Assembly (NCBI GenBank): GCA_026770705.1
Contig: JANJGN010000004.1
Location: 190,650,001-190,714,000, forward strand
From: Isurus oxyrinchus
Taxonomy: Eukaryota
DNA length: 64,000 nt
Direction: 5' to 3'
Positions 11,701-23,700 of this stretch are shown in pieces; positions within the stretch are counted from its first letter, which is position 1, and the number at the start of each line of letters is the position of its first letter. The position numbers were made by a program, and so were the translations under genes. Under the pieces are notes generated by a model, which saw nothing but the letters and a program-made list of their open reading frames with translations, made no database searches and had not been told where the DNA came from.

Positions 11701-14700
11701 AACCTGCAAGTTATCCTTAAGAGAATCCTGGACTAGGACTCCCAAGTGCCTTTGCACTCCAGATTTCTGAATTCTCTCCCCATTTAGAAAATAGTCTATG
11801 CCTCTATTCTTCCTACCAAAGTGCATGACCTCACATTTCCCCACATTGTATTCCATCTGCCATTTCTTTGCCCATTCTCCTAACCTGTCCAAATCCTTCT
11901 GCAGCCTCCCCGCCTCCTCAATACTACCTGTCCCTCCACCTATTGTTGTATCATCTGCAAACTTAGCCAGACTGCCCTCAGTTCTTTCATCTAGATCATT
12001 AATGTATAAAGTGAAAAGTTGTGGTCCCAACACTGACCTCTGCGGAACTCCACTAGTCACCGGCCGCCATCCTGAGAAGGACCCCCTTATCCCCACTCTC
12101 GGCCTCCTGCCAGACAGCCAATCTTCTATCCGTGCTAGTACCTTGCCTCTAACACCATGGGCTCTTATCTTACTGAGCAGCCTCCTGTGCAGCACCTTGT
12201 CAAAGGCCTTCTGGAAGTCCAAATAGATAACATCCATTGGCTCTCCTTTGTCTAACCTGCTCGTTACCTCCTCAAAGATTTCTAACAGATTTGTCAGGCA
12301 TGACCTCCCCTTGATGAAACCATGCTGACTTTGCCCTATTTTACCCTGCACTTCCAAGTATTCTGAAATCTCATCCTTAATAATGGACTCTAAAATCTTA
12401 CCAACGACCGAGGTCAGGCTATTCGATCTTTTGCCTCACTCTCTTCTTAAACGGGGGGTTACATTAGCGATTTTCCAGTTCTCTGGGACTTGACTCGAGT
12501 GATTCCTGAAAGATCACCACTAACGCCGTCACTATCTCTTCAGGTATCTCCTTCAGAACTCTGGGGTGTAATCCATCTGGTCCAGGTGATTTATCCACCT
12601 TCAGACCTTTCAGTTTTCCTAGCACCTTCTCCTTGGTAATGGCCACCATACTCACCTCTGCCCCCCGACTCTCTTGAACTTTGGGGATGTTACTCGTGTC
12701 TTCCACCGTGAAGACTGACGCAAAGTACCTATTCAGTTCCTCCGCCATTTCTTTGTTCGCCACTACTACTTCTCCAGCGTCATTTTCCAGTGGCCCAATG
12801 TTCACTTTTGCCCTTCTCTTACCCTTTATATATCTAAAAAAACTCTTGCAATCTTCTTTTATATTACTGGCTAGTTTACCCTTATATTTAATCTTCTCCC
12901 TCCTTATTTCTTTTTTAGTTGTCCTCTGTTGGTCTTTGTAGGCTTCCCAATCCCCTGGTTCCCACTGCTCTTCGCCGCATTGTATGCTTTCTCTTTAGCT
13001 TTTATGCTGTCCCTGACTTCCCCTGTCAGCCATGGTTCCCTTGTCCTCCCTTTGCATGCTTCTTCTTCCTAGGGATGAATTTTTGCTGCGTCTCCCAAAT
13101 TACTTCCAGAAACTCCTGCCATTGCTGTTCCACTGTCTTTCCTGCTAGACTCATCTCTCAGTCAATTCTGGCCAGCTCCTCCCTCATGCCTCTGTAGTTT
13201 CCTTTATTCAACTGTAATACCATTACATCTGATTCCAGCTTTTTCCTCTCAAATTGCAGGGTAAATTCTATCATACTATGGTCACTTCCTCCTAAGGGTT
13301 CCTTCACCTTAAGGTCCCTTATCAAATCTGCCTCATTACACATCACTAAATCTAGAATTGCCTGTTCCCTAGTGGGCTCCACCACAAGCTGCTCCAAAAA
13401 GCCATCTCGTAGACATTCTACAAATTGAGAGCATGTTTAAGTTCAATAGGATTTGAAGGCCCTGCCTCCTGAGAGTTGAATGGGAAGTGAAGGTGGTGGA
13501 GATGGAGAGCAGATGCATCGAGGTCCAGAATTGGGAAGGCAAGCAATGCAAACATAAACACCCCGGTGTAAGACTGGAGGAGTTTGCGGAGGTGGCAAGA
13601 GGATGAGGCAATTTGTAGTTGGGTCTGGGATCTTGAGATCAGTAGGTGGGAGGGGGCTGCATAGAGCTTCTGGGGCTCGATGAGCAGGGCAGGGCTGGAG
13701 TTTGGGTTCATGCCTGTGATTCTTGCCATACAATCATGTGCATTTGATACAGCAATGTCAAATCTGGTTTGAATTGCAGATGGTTCTTTATTTCGTCATG
13801 GATGTACTTCAGCATTATCCTGGCTTACCCGGACTTTTCACCGCCTGCCTGTTCAGTGGAGCACTCAGGTAGGTACAGAGCTGAACAGGATCTGTACTGA
13901 GATACCAGAGTCTGCAGACTGATGGGACCTGTACTGAGATACCAGAGTCTGCAGACCGAAGGGGCCTGTACTGAGATACCAGAGTCTGCAGACTGATGGG
14001 ACCTGTACTGAGATACCAGAGTCTGCAGACCGAAGGGGCCTGTACTGAGATACCAGAGTCTGCAGACTGATGGGACCTGCACTGAGATACCATATGACCT
14101 TGCCAGTGTTAACATTGTATTTGATTAAAAAGTGCAGTCTGTACGTTGTGTCTGCCTGTCTCGCTGACCTGCCCACAACCCTCTTGCTTGTCTGATGTCA
14201 AGGAAGATTCTGACTGGAATTCCTTTCTGGAAGAAAGCATCGAGGGTTAAGAAAATGGTTGGAAAAGCAGCCTTTAAAATAGAGGAGGCCCTTCTATCCC
14301 TCGAGCATTTTCTGCCATTCAGTGAGATCAAGGCTGATCAGTATTTTAATCCCACCTACCTGCCTTAATTCCAAAACCTTTAATATCTGTGCCCAACAAA
14401 AACCTATCGATCTTAGTTTTCCTATTTCTATTGACCCCCCCCCCCCCACCCCCGCCCCGAATCACCCCCACCACAGCCTCAAAACTTTTTCGGGGTGGAG
14501 GAGAGTTTCAGATTGCCTTGCATGAAGAAGTGCTCCCTGACATCACCCCTGAATATGCTGTCTCTAATTTTAAGTTATGCTCCCTTATCCTCTGCTTCCC
14601 CCACCAGGGGAGATAGTTTAACTCCTTAAAAATACCCAAAACCCGAGAGAGTTTAGCTGGGCACTCTGGTCGTTCTCCCTGGTCTCTGTACAAGACTGGG

Positions 14701-17700
14701 AAGATATGAGTTAGTTCCTTGGTCATGGATCTTGTTGCAGCTAAATAGGCTCGTGTCTTCATAGAATCATCAAATGGTTACAGCACAGGAAGAGACCATT
14801 CGCCCTATTGTATCCATGCCAGCTCTCCACATTTTCCCCATAGCTTTGCAAGTTTTTCCTCTTCAGATAATAGTCCAATTCTCTTTTGAAAGCCACGACT
14901 GAATCTGCCGTCACCACATTTTCAGGCAGTGTTTTCCAGATACTCACCCCTTGCTTCGGTAAAAATGTATTGGATCTAATCAGGACTAACCCTGATGGCA
15001 GGGCAGGCTCAGGAAGCGGTTAATAAAGCATACGGGTTTTATAAATAGAGGCATGGTGCGCAAAAACAAAGGAGTTAGGATGAACTTTAATAAAACACTG
15101 GCGTGGCCCCAACTGAACTAGTGTGTCCCATTCTGGGTCCTACACTTCAGGAAGAATGCGAAGGTATTAGAGAGGGTGTCAGAAAGATTCAGGAGAATGG
15201 TTCCAGGGATGAAATTAAATTAATTCATTAGTCTAGCAGCTCAGAGAAGGTTTGCTAGACTAATACAGGAATGGGCGGGTTGTCTTATGAGGAAAGGCTG
15301 GACAGGTTTGGCTGGTATCCACTGGAGTTTAGAAGAGTGAGAGGCGACTTGATTGAAACCTTTAAGATCCAGAGGGGTCTTGACAGGGTGGATGTGGAGA
15401 GGATGTTTCCACTTGTGGGAGAACCTAGAGCAAGGGGTCACTCTTTAAAAATAAGGGGTCGCTCATTTAAAACCGAGATTAGGAGAAATTTTTTCTCTGA
15501 GGGTTATGAGTCTTTGAAATGCTCTTCCTCAAAAGGTGGTGGAATCAGAGTCTGAATATTTTTAAGACAGAGCGAGATAGATTCTTGATTAACAAGGTGG
15601 TGAAAGGTTATCGAGGGTAGGCAGGAATATGGAGTTGAGGTTACATTCAGATCAGCCATGATCTTATTGAATGGCGGAGCAGGCTTGAGGGGCCAAGTGG
15701 ACTAATCCTAATTTGTATGTTTATATGTTTCTCCTCGTCGCCTTTGGTTTCCTCTGGTTCTTGACCCTTCTGCAAGTGAAAACAGCTTCTCTCTATCCAT
15801 CTGAAATCCTCCATGATTTTGACCATCTCTAACAAATCTTGTCTGAACCTTCTCTTCTCTAAGGAGAGCAGCGCCAGCTTCTCCAATCTATAACTGAAGT
15901 GTCTCATCCCTGGAGCTATTCTCGTGAATCTTTTTGACACCCTCTCTAATGCCTTTGCATTCTTGTGTGGGACCCAGAATGGGACACACTACTCCAGTTG
16001 AGGCCACACCAGTGTTTTTGTTAAGGATCATCATAACTCCCTTGCTTTTGTGGGATCCTTTATGCTTTATTAACCACTTTCTGAACCTGCCCTGCCATCA
16101 GGCCAGTCCTGATCAGATCCAGAACATTTTTATATAAAAGCAAAATACTGGAGACAAAATGTGCTGGAAAAATTCAGCAAATCTGGCAGAATCTGTGGAG
16201 AGAAAACTATTTCGAGTCCAGTATGGCTCTTTTGAAGAAGAATTATTACAGCGCAGAAGGAGGCCGTTCGACCCATCATGTCTGCACTGGCTCTCTGAAT
16301 TAGCCCTCCCTTAGTGCCATTTTCCTGCACTCTCCCATAACCCTGCACATTCTTCCTTTTCAGATAACACACTAATTCCCTCTTGAATGCTTCAGTTGAA
16401 CCTATCTCGACCACACTATAAGGCAGTGCATTCCAGACCTTGACCACTTGCTGCTTAAAAATGTTTTTCCTCATGTCGCTTTTGCTTCTTTTGCTAATTG
16501 CTTTAAACCTGTGCCCTATCGTTCTCGATCCTTTCATGAGTGGGAACAGTTTCGCCCTATCTACTCTGTTCATGATTTGAATGCCTCCATCAAATCTCCT
16601 CTCAACCTTCTCTTCTCCAAGGAAAACAGCCCCAACTCCTCCAATTTATCCACATTACTGAAGTTCCTTATTCCTAGAACCATTCTCGTGAATCTTTTCT
16701 CTCCATTACCTTCACATCCTTCCTAAGACATGGCATCCAGAACAGGATGCAATACCCCAGCTGAGGGCGTACTCGTGTCTTATACAAGTTGAACATAACC
16801 TCCTTGCTCTTGTACTCAATGCCCCTATTAATAAAGCCTAGGATACTGTATACTTTGTTAACCACACTCTCAACCTATCCTCCTTTGGTAAAGACAGTTG
16901 CAAAGTATTTATTTAATACCTCAGCTATGCCCTTTGCACCTGTCGGTAATTTCCTTGCAAATTTGTCCTTCCACATCCTTTTCACTAGCTGTGGCCTATA
17001 GACTACACTGTGAAATATAATTTTTGTTCCTTAGCTCTAGCCAAATAAATTCTGTCCTTGACCCCTCTGGGACATTCCCTTTCTCCAGTACTGCAATACC
17101 GTCACCCTGCCCCCTTTTCATTCTTTCCTATCTTCCCTGAACACTTTGTATCCAGCAATAAAAATAAAAATAGCTGGAAAAACTCAGCAGGTCTGACAGC
17201 ATCTGCGGAGAGGGATACAGTTAACGTTTCAGGTCTGATGAAGAGTCATACGGCCTCGAAACATTAACTGTATTCCTCTCCGCAGATGCTGTCAGACCTG
17301 CTGAGTTTTTCCAGCTATTTTTACTTTTGTTTCAGATTTCCAGCATCCACAGTATTTTGCTTTTATCTTTTTGCTTGTATCCAGGAATATTTAGCACTCA
17401 GTCCTGCTCTTCTTTAAGCCAGGTCTCGGTTACTGCTTCAGCATCATATTTCCACATGGCAACGTGCACCTGTAACTCACCAATCTTATTTAGCACACTC
17501 CATGCATTCACACACATGCACAGTAACCCTGATTCAGATTTTATTACTTTGTCCCTTACTCTAACCCAACCTATTAATTTACTAGTGTATTCTTTGTTCT
17601 AGTGCTATCTCCCTCTCCCAGTATTCTCTGCACCTTGGTATTCGTCCCTGATATCATTTACTGGCACCCACACCCCTGCTGAGTTAGTTTAAATCCTAGC

Positions 17701-20700
17701 ACATCTTATAGGCCCATCAGTGAGGTGGGAACCGGTTTAGACTGTATCCACACTGATGGGGGTTTTTTGATCATGTTCCTGAGAGAGTGCAGGGTGTTGA
17801 CGGCGATGGGATCCTTTATGTTGGTGGATCGAGCACATTGGTTGGATGACTTAAAGAGCCATTAAACAACGAACAAATTAAGAATTAAAATGGAGTAAAA
17901 GAGGGTTTGAAAGCCATCACTCAATTCGGAACTTTAGTTGCATTCAATGCAGGGTATTGGAAACTACCTGGACAGTAAATTGTAATGGAGTAAAAGAGGG
18001 TTTGAAAGCCATCACTCAGTTCGGAACTTTAGTTGCATTCAATGCAAGATATTGGAAACTACCTGGACAGTAAATTGCTTCTGAGGAGTTCATGATGCAT
18101 GTGTTTCTAGATTTGGCTCTGCATATACTGCTCTGCATCTACTCCAGAGATGATAATTGTTAGGTTTATTACTTACTGTCTCTAGCTTTCATGTATCTGT
18201 TATTAAAAGGTTGAGAATTATTCCACAGCCAACTCTCAGTAGCAGTGGAAGCCGTGTTAGGCTCTCTTTTTAATGCTGAATCGTTGTTTGCATCTCCTCA
18301 GCACAATATCATCTGCATTCAATTCGCTGGCTGCTGTCACCATGACCGACCTGGTTAAACCTCACTACCCACACATGACTGAGGCTCGAGCCACGCTGAT
18401 ATCCAAGAGTCTCGGTAAGTGACAGTGGAAAATGACAATTTGCATATATATAGCTTCTTTAATGTTGTACATGTTTCAAGATGCTTCATAGGAGCGTTAT
18501 CAGCAAAATTTGATGTCAGGCAGATGACCAAAATCTTGATTGAAGAAATAGGTTTTGAGAGACTTCTTAAAGGAGAGCAAAATAATGTCGGAGAAGTTTA
18601 GAGAGGGAATTCCAGACCCAAAGGCACGGCCACCAATGGTGGAGCAATTAAAATTGGCGATGCGCACGAGGCCAGACTTAGAGGAGCGTCGATATCTCGG
18701 AGGGGCTGTAGGACTGGAGGAGGTTACCAAGATAGGGAGGGCTGAGGCCATGAGGGGATTTGAAAACGAGGGTGAGAGCTGTAAATTCGAGTTGCTGCCC
18801 TATGTAGGTCAGTGAGCACAGGGGATGATGGTGGGAGAATAAGACTCGGTGCAAGCTGGGATGCAGAGCAGTGGGGTTGGGAATTTGCTAACCTGAAATT
18901 CCGGGATCTGTTGAAGTGAATGTAGCATTGTTCATTCTGCCATCAGTGAGGATTTAAATAATGCGTATCCTATGGTTTCCATCTCAAGCTGACCAAAGTA
19001 TTTGAGCAGTGAGTCTGGCTTAATTAGATATTTTAATCGGCTTCTGCCTTGTGATGTATTTATTTTGTTGTGATTATCCCAAGCCTGGAATTCAGTTTCC
19101 TAATATGTTGGCAGCAGTGGTCACTCTCCAATGACTATGAACATTCAGCGTTAAGGAAACCAACACTTGCAGATTGGAAAGAGGGCTGAAGGAAACTTAG
19201 AAGAAAGAAAGGCTTGGATTTCTATCATGCTTTTAACGACCGCAGTGTTCAAAAGATGAGCTGAATTACTCATGCAGAGAGCTGGCACAAACAGGATGGG
19301 CTGAATGGCCTGTTTCTGTCCCGTGATCATTCCGTGATTTTACAGATACTTCAAAGTGTAGTCACTGTTGTAATCGAGGAAATGTGAAATTAATTTTGTG
19401 CATGCTTCCAAAGACAGCATTGTGAGAATGACAGGGTAAACCTGCTTTTTTGATGTTGGTTGAGGGATAAATATTGACCTGGGCACCGGGGAGAACTCCC
19501 CCAGTGTGCCATGGAATCCTTTACGTCCACTGGGAGAGCAGGCAGGGTCTGAGTTTGGTGTCTCATCCAAGAAAATAAGGCCTAATATCGACAAGCTCCT
19601 GTGTCTCTTCCCACTTCCCCATCAGCAGAAGGACTTTCAAGCTATCAAGTTTCTGTGCTCTGGAATTTCCCTCCCCACTCGTCCCCCACAAACTCCTGCA
19701 CCCTTCTGGTTCTCTCCTCACCTTGTAAACAACCTGGCCACCCCATCAGTCACCTCCCTTATTCTACCCAGAACTACAGATTCAGTGGGCAGAATTTTCT
19801 GCTTGTCAGGTGGGCTGCCTCAGGGAGATCGCTTACACTTGTTCAAACATTAAAAATAGAAAAATTTAAAAATCCTTAACATGTCCCCCTCATGTGGCAA
19901 TGTCACACGAGATGGGACGTGTTAATAAATTTCACTAAAACTTTATTGAAGTTTTTTAAACCCTGCAGGAAACCTCATCCCGCCGGTGGATGAGGTTTCA
20001 TGTTTTTTCTGATCACTGCTGGGGCTCCTGGCCTGACCACCAGCCTTAAGGTTGGACGGGCAGTTCCTTTAATCGGTTTAATTATCCTGTCAATGGCCTC
20101 AATTGGCCATTGACAGGTAGGCGGGCAGACAGCTGATCTCGCTGCGCCCCCGCCTTCCTGCATATTTAAATGGGGCAGGATGACCCCCCCTGATTTCATC
20201 CTGCGTTGGCGAGCGGGCCCCGCCTCCAACTCGCCGACGGCAAAATCCAGCCCAGTGTACCTGCCGTCTAAGAAGAGATTAGAATCACAAGGCAATGAGG
20301 GCTAGGGAGGCAGGAGGTCTCTTGTAAATTTGGACTGTCTTTTAGTGGTGAGGCATCACTGTGCAGGATCCTCCCTTAAGTACTTTGTGGGTAGAACCAA
20401 TGCTGTGTCCTGTGTCTTGCAATAGCTTGGTGAGATTACATAGAATTTACAGCTCAAACAGGCCATTCAGCCCAACTGTTCCATGTTGGTGTTTAAGCTC
20501 CACACGAGCCTGCTGCAATCCCTCATCATCTCACCCCCTCAGCGTATCATAGAGTTGTAGAACAGTTGCAGCACAGATGGAGACCATTCCACCCATCATG
20601 TCCATACTGGCTCTTGGCAAGAGCAATTCACCTAGTTCTACTCCCCTGCCTTTTCCCTGTGGTCCTGCAACTTTTTTTCTTTTCAGATAATTATCCAGTT

Positions 20701-23700
20701 CTCTTTTGAAAGCCTCGATTGAACCTGCCTCCATCACACTCTCAGATAGTGCCTTCCAGATCCTGACCACTCGCTGTGTGATAAAAAAGGGTTTTTCCTC
20801 ATGTTGCTATTGCTTCTTTTGCCAGTTGCTTTAAATCTAGAGTGCCCTCTATTTCTCGATCCTTCTAACAATGGGAACAGTTTCTTCCTACCCTGTCTAG
20901 ATCCTTCCATGATTTTGAATACTTCTATCAAATTTCCTCTCAACCCTCTCTTCTCCAAGGAGAACAGTCTCAACTTCTCCAATCTATCTGCATTAACTGA
21001 GGTTTCTCATCCCGGGAATTTTTTTCTGCACTCTCTTCAGTGCCTACACATCCTTCTTAAAATGCGGCACCCATACTTGACTTGATACCGAAACAAACTT
21101 TTATACATATTGTTATAACTCTCTTGGTTTTGTACTCTGTCTCTGTTTATAAGCGCAGAGTACTGTGTGTTTTACTAACTGCTCTCTCACCATGCCCTGC
21201 CATCTTCAATGATTATTGCACAAATACCCCCAGTTTCCTTGGTTCCTGTGTCCCCTTTAGGTTTGAACCGTTATTTGATACTGTTTCTCCCCATACTTCC
21301 TACCAGAATGAATCACTTCACACCTCACTGCATTAAATTTTATTTGCTACTTGCCCACCCACACTCCACCAGCCTGTCTACGTCCAGCTGAAGCCTCTTA
21401 CTAGCCTCCTCACAGCTCACAATACTTCTGAGTTCTGCAGTATCCACAGATTTTGAAATTGTCCCCTGTACATCCAAGCCTAGGTCATTAATATATGTCT
21501 GGAAAAGCAGGTTTCCCAACATTGACCACTGGGGGACCCCACTATAAACCTTCCTCCAGTCTGAAATGCACCTGTGATATTTGCCTCAATCACTTCAATG
21601 TGGTAGCGAGTTCCACAATGTAACCACTCTCTGAGTAAAGGAGTTTTGACCTCTGGATTGTGCCTCTTATCTGTAGAGTGCAGTAAATGAGAGTTCCTAT
21701 GTTTTTGCAGCACTGGGCTATGGGTTGCTGTGTCTCGGAATGGCGTACATCGCATCGCTGATGGGTTCAGTGCTACAGGTGCTGTATGATACACCTCTCT
21801 TTACATGTATTTGTATTACTCCCGAGTGCCTGGAGTTTGTTGACATGTTTCTCCTTTACAAACTCAGGCGGCGTTGAGTATTTTTGGGATGGTTGGCGGT
21901 CCACTGCTTGGAATCTTCTGCCTAGGAATGTTTTTCCCCATGGCTAATTCGACAGTGAGTTTTGGGTTTTGAATATTCCTTTCCGCTTTAGCAGCATTTT
22001 CACGTTGGGGGAGGCCCGTCTTAGTGCCAGCTTGTTTGAAGGTTTTCATGGTGGGAGGGGTAGCACTGAGTAAGACAGTTTTACAGTTACACCATGTTAT
22101 GAGCCATTGTTACCTTAAAAAGAGTCCCTTTGAAGAAGTGGTAGGCCTCGACATTTCAGGAAGCATACTCTGCCCATAATCTGGGGAAATGGCTGGAACA
22201 GATGGGGGAGGTGGTTACATCCGTTCTATACGATAAGACCACTACCTCTTTCACCTGTTCCGGCCATTCCCCCAGCCAACAAGCAGAGTCCGGCCCATTG
22301 GTCCTTCTAAGGAACTCATCTAAGGTGGCAACTGCTCCCTCAGAGCAAATTTCACATGGTGTAACCGTGGGCAGGATATTTGGGACACCGGGAGCGGCCA
22401 GGAAACTGCCGGGGTGGGGGAGTGCAAGCGCAAAAGTCTGCGCACGCACTGGGGAACGCGCACTGAAAGCACCCTGAAGGCAGGGAGCTGAGCAACTTCA
22501 AAATCAGTCATAAAGATCTTTAAAATCTGAAGGAAAAGAAAATCCCGACGTGGGACTAACTCTCAATAACGTGAACAGAATAAAATATTCCGCCCCAAAA
22601 TTTATATATATATATTTTTTTAATTTAATTGTGGGAACCTCATCCCATCCGTGGATGAGGTTTGCTAAAAAAAAAATTCAAAGGGCCGCCTGGATAATTC
22701 ACCCACCCGCCAGCCACAAGGCTGGACGGGCAGCGAAAAATATGTTTGAATTCATTGATTTAAGGGCCTGAATAGGCCTCGTAATTGTCGGCGGGCGTGC
22801 TGCCGACTCTCTCACACGTGCCCACCGTCATGACCGTCAAAGCACGCCCCCCCCCCCCCCCCCCCCCCCCCCCCGGGACGCAAAATCCTGCCCCCAAAGA
22901 TTGTCTTACTCGATGTTAATTTAGTGCAGTTAAAAACATTGGCTCGGGGCGGGGAGTGTGTATAAAGATGCCCTTATGATAATGTTGTGGGCATGGTGGT
23001 GTACTGTTTATGTTACTAGATTAATAAGCTAGAGAACATAAATTCAAAGCCCGGCACATCGCTTTGAGAATTTGAATCCCATTTTTCATTAAAAAATAGC
23101 CTGTAAATAAAAAAACCGGTACCAGTAAAATTGACCACTAGCCTGTCAGATTGTTACAAAAATCCAACTGGTTCATTAATGCCTTTTACCTGGTCACAGA
23201 ATGGTTACAGCACAGAAGAAGGTCATTTGGCCCATCGTGTCTGTGCCAGCTCTCTGAAGGAACAGTTCACCTAGTGCCGCACCCCTGCCTTCTCCCAGGG
23301 TCCAATTCCCTCTTGAAGGTCGGGGATTGACCCTGCCTCCACTGCACTGTCGGGCTGTGCATTTCAGACCCTAACCGCTCGCTGCGTGAAAAAGTTTTTC
23401 CTCATGTCGCCATTGCTCCTTCTGCCAATCGCCTTAAATTTTTCCTCTTGTTCTCGATCCTTCCCCCAATAAGAAGGAAACCTGCCATCCTTAGGCATTC
23501 TGATGTCTATGTGACTCCAGTCCCACCCCAATGTTTAATCCCATCTTTAATTCAGAAACGGAACGGGACATGCCCGACTTTTAATTTCTCTCTGAGATGA
23601 CACAGCAAATCCCTCAGGCAGGGTTCACAGGGATGAACTGTAAATACTGCCTTGTCAGCAATGGTCATATCCTTGGGAATGTTCTTCTTAAATTCAGCAA

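Noticed and set aside
13892-14092. CRISPR-like constant repeat plus variable part
   Set aside because: Only two alternating 9-bp variants, no unique spacers, no cas genes, vertebrate intron
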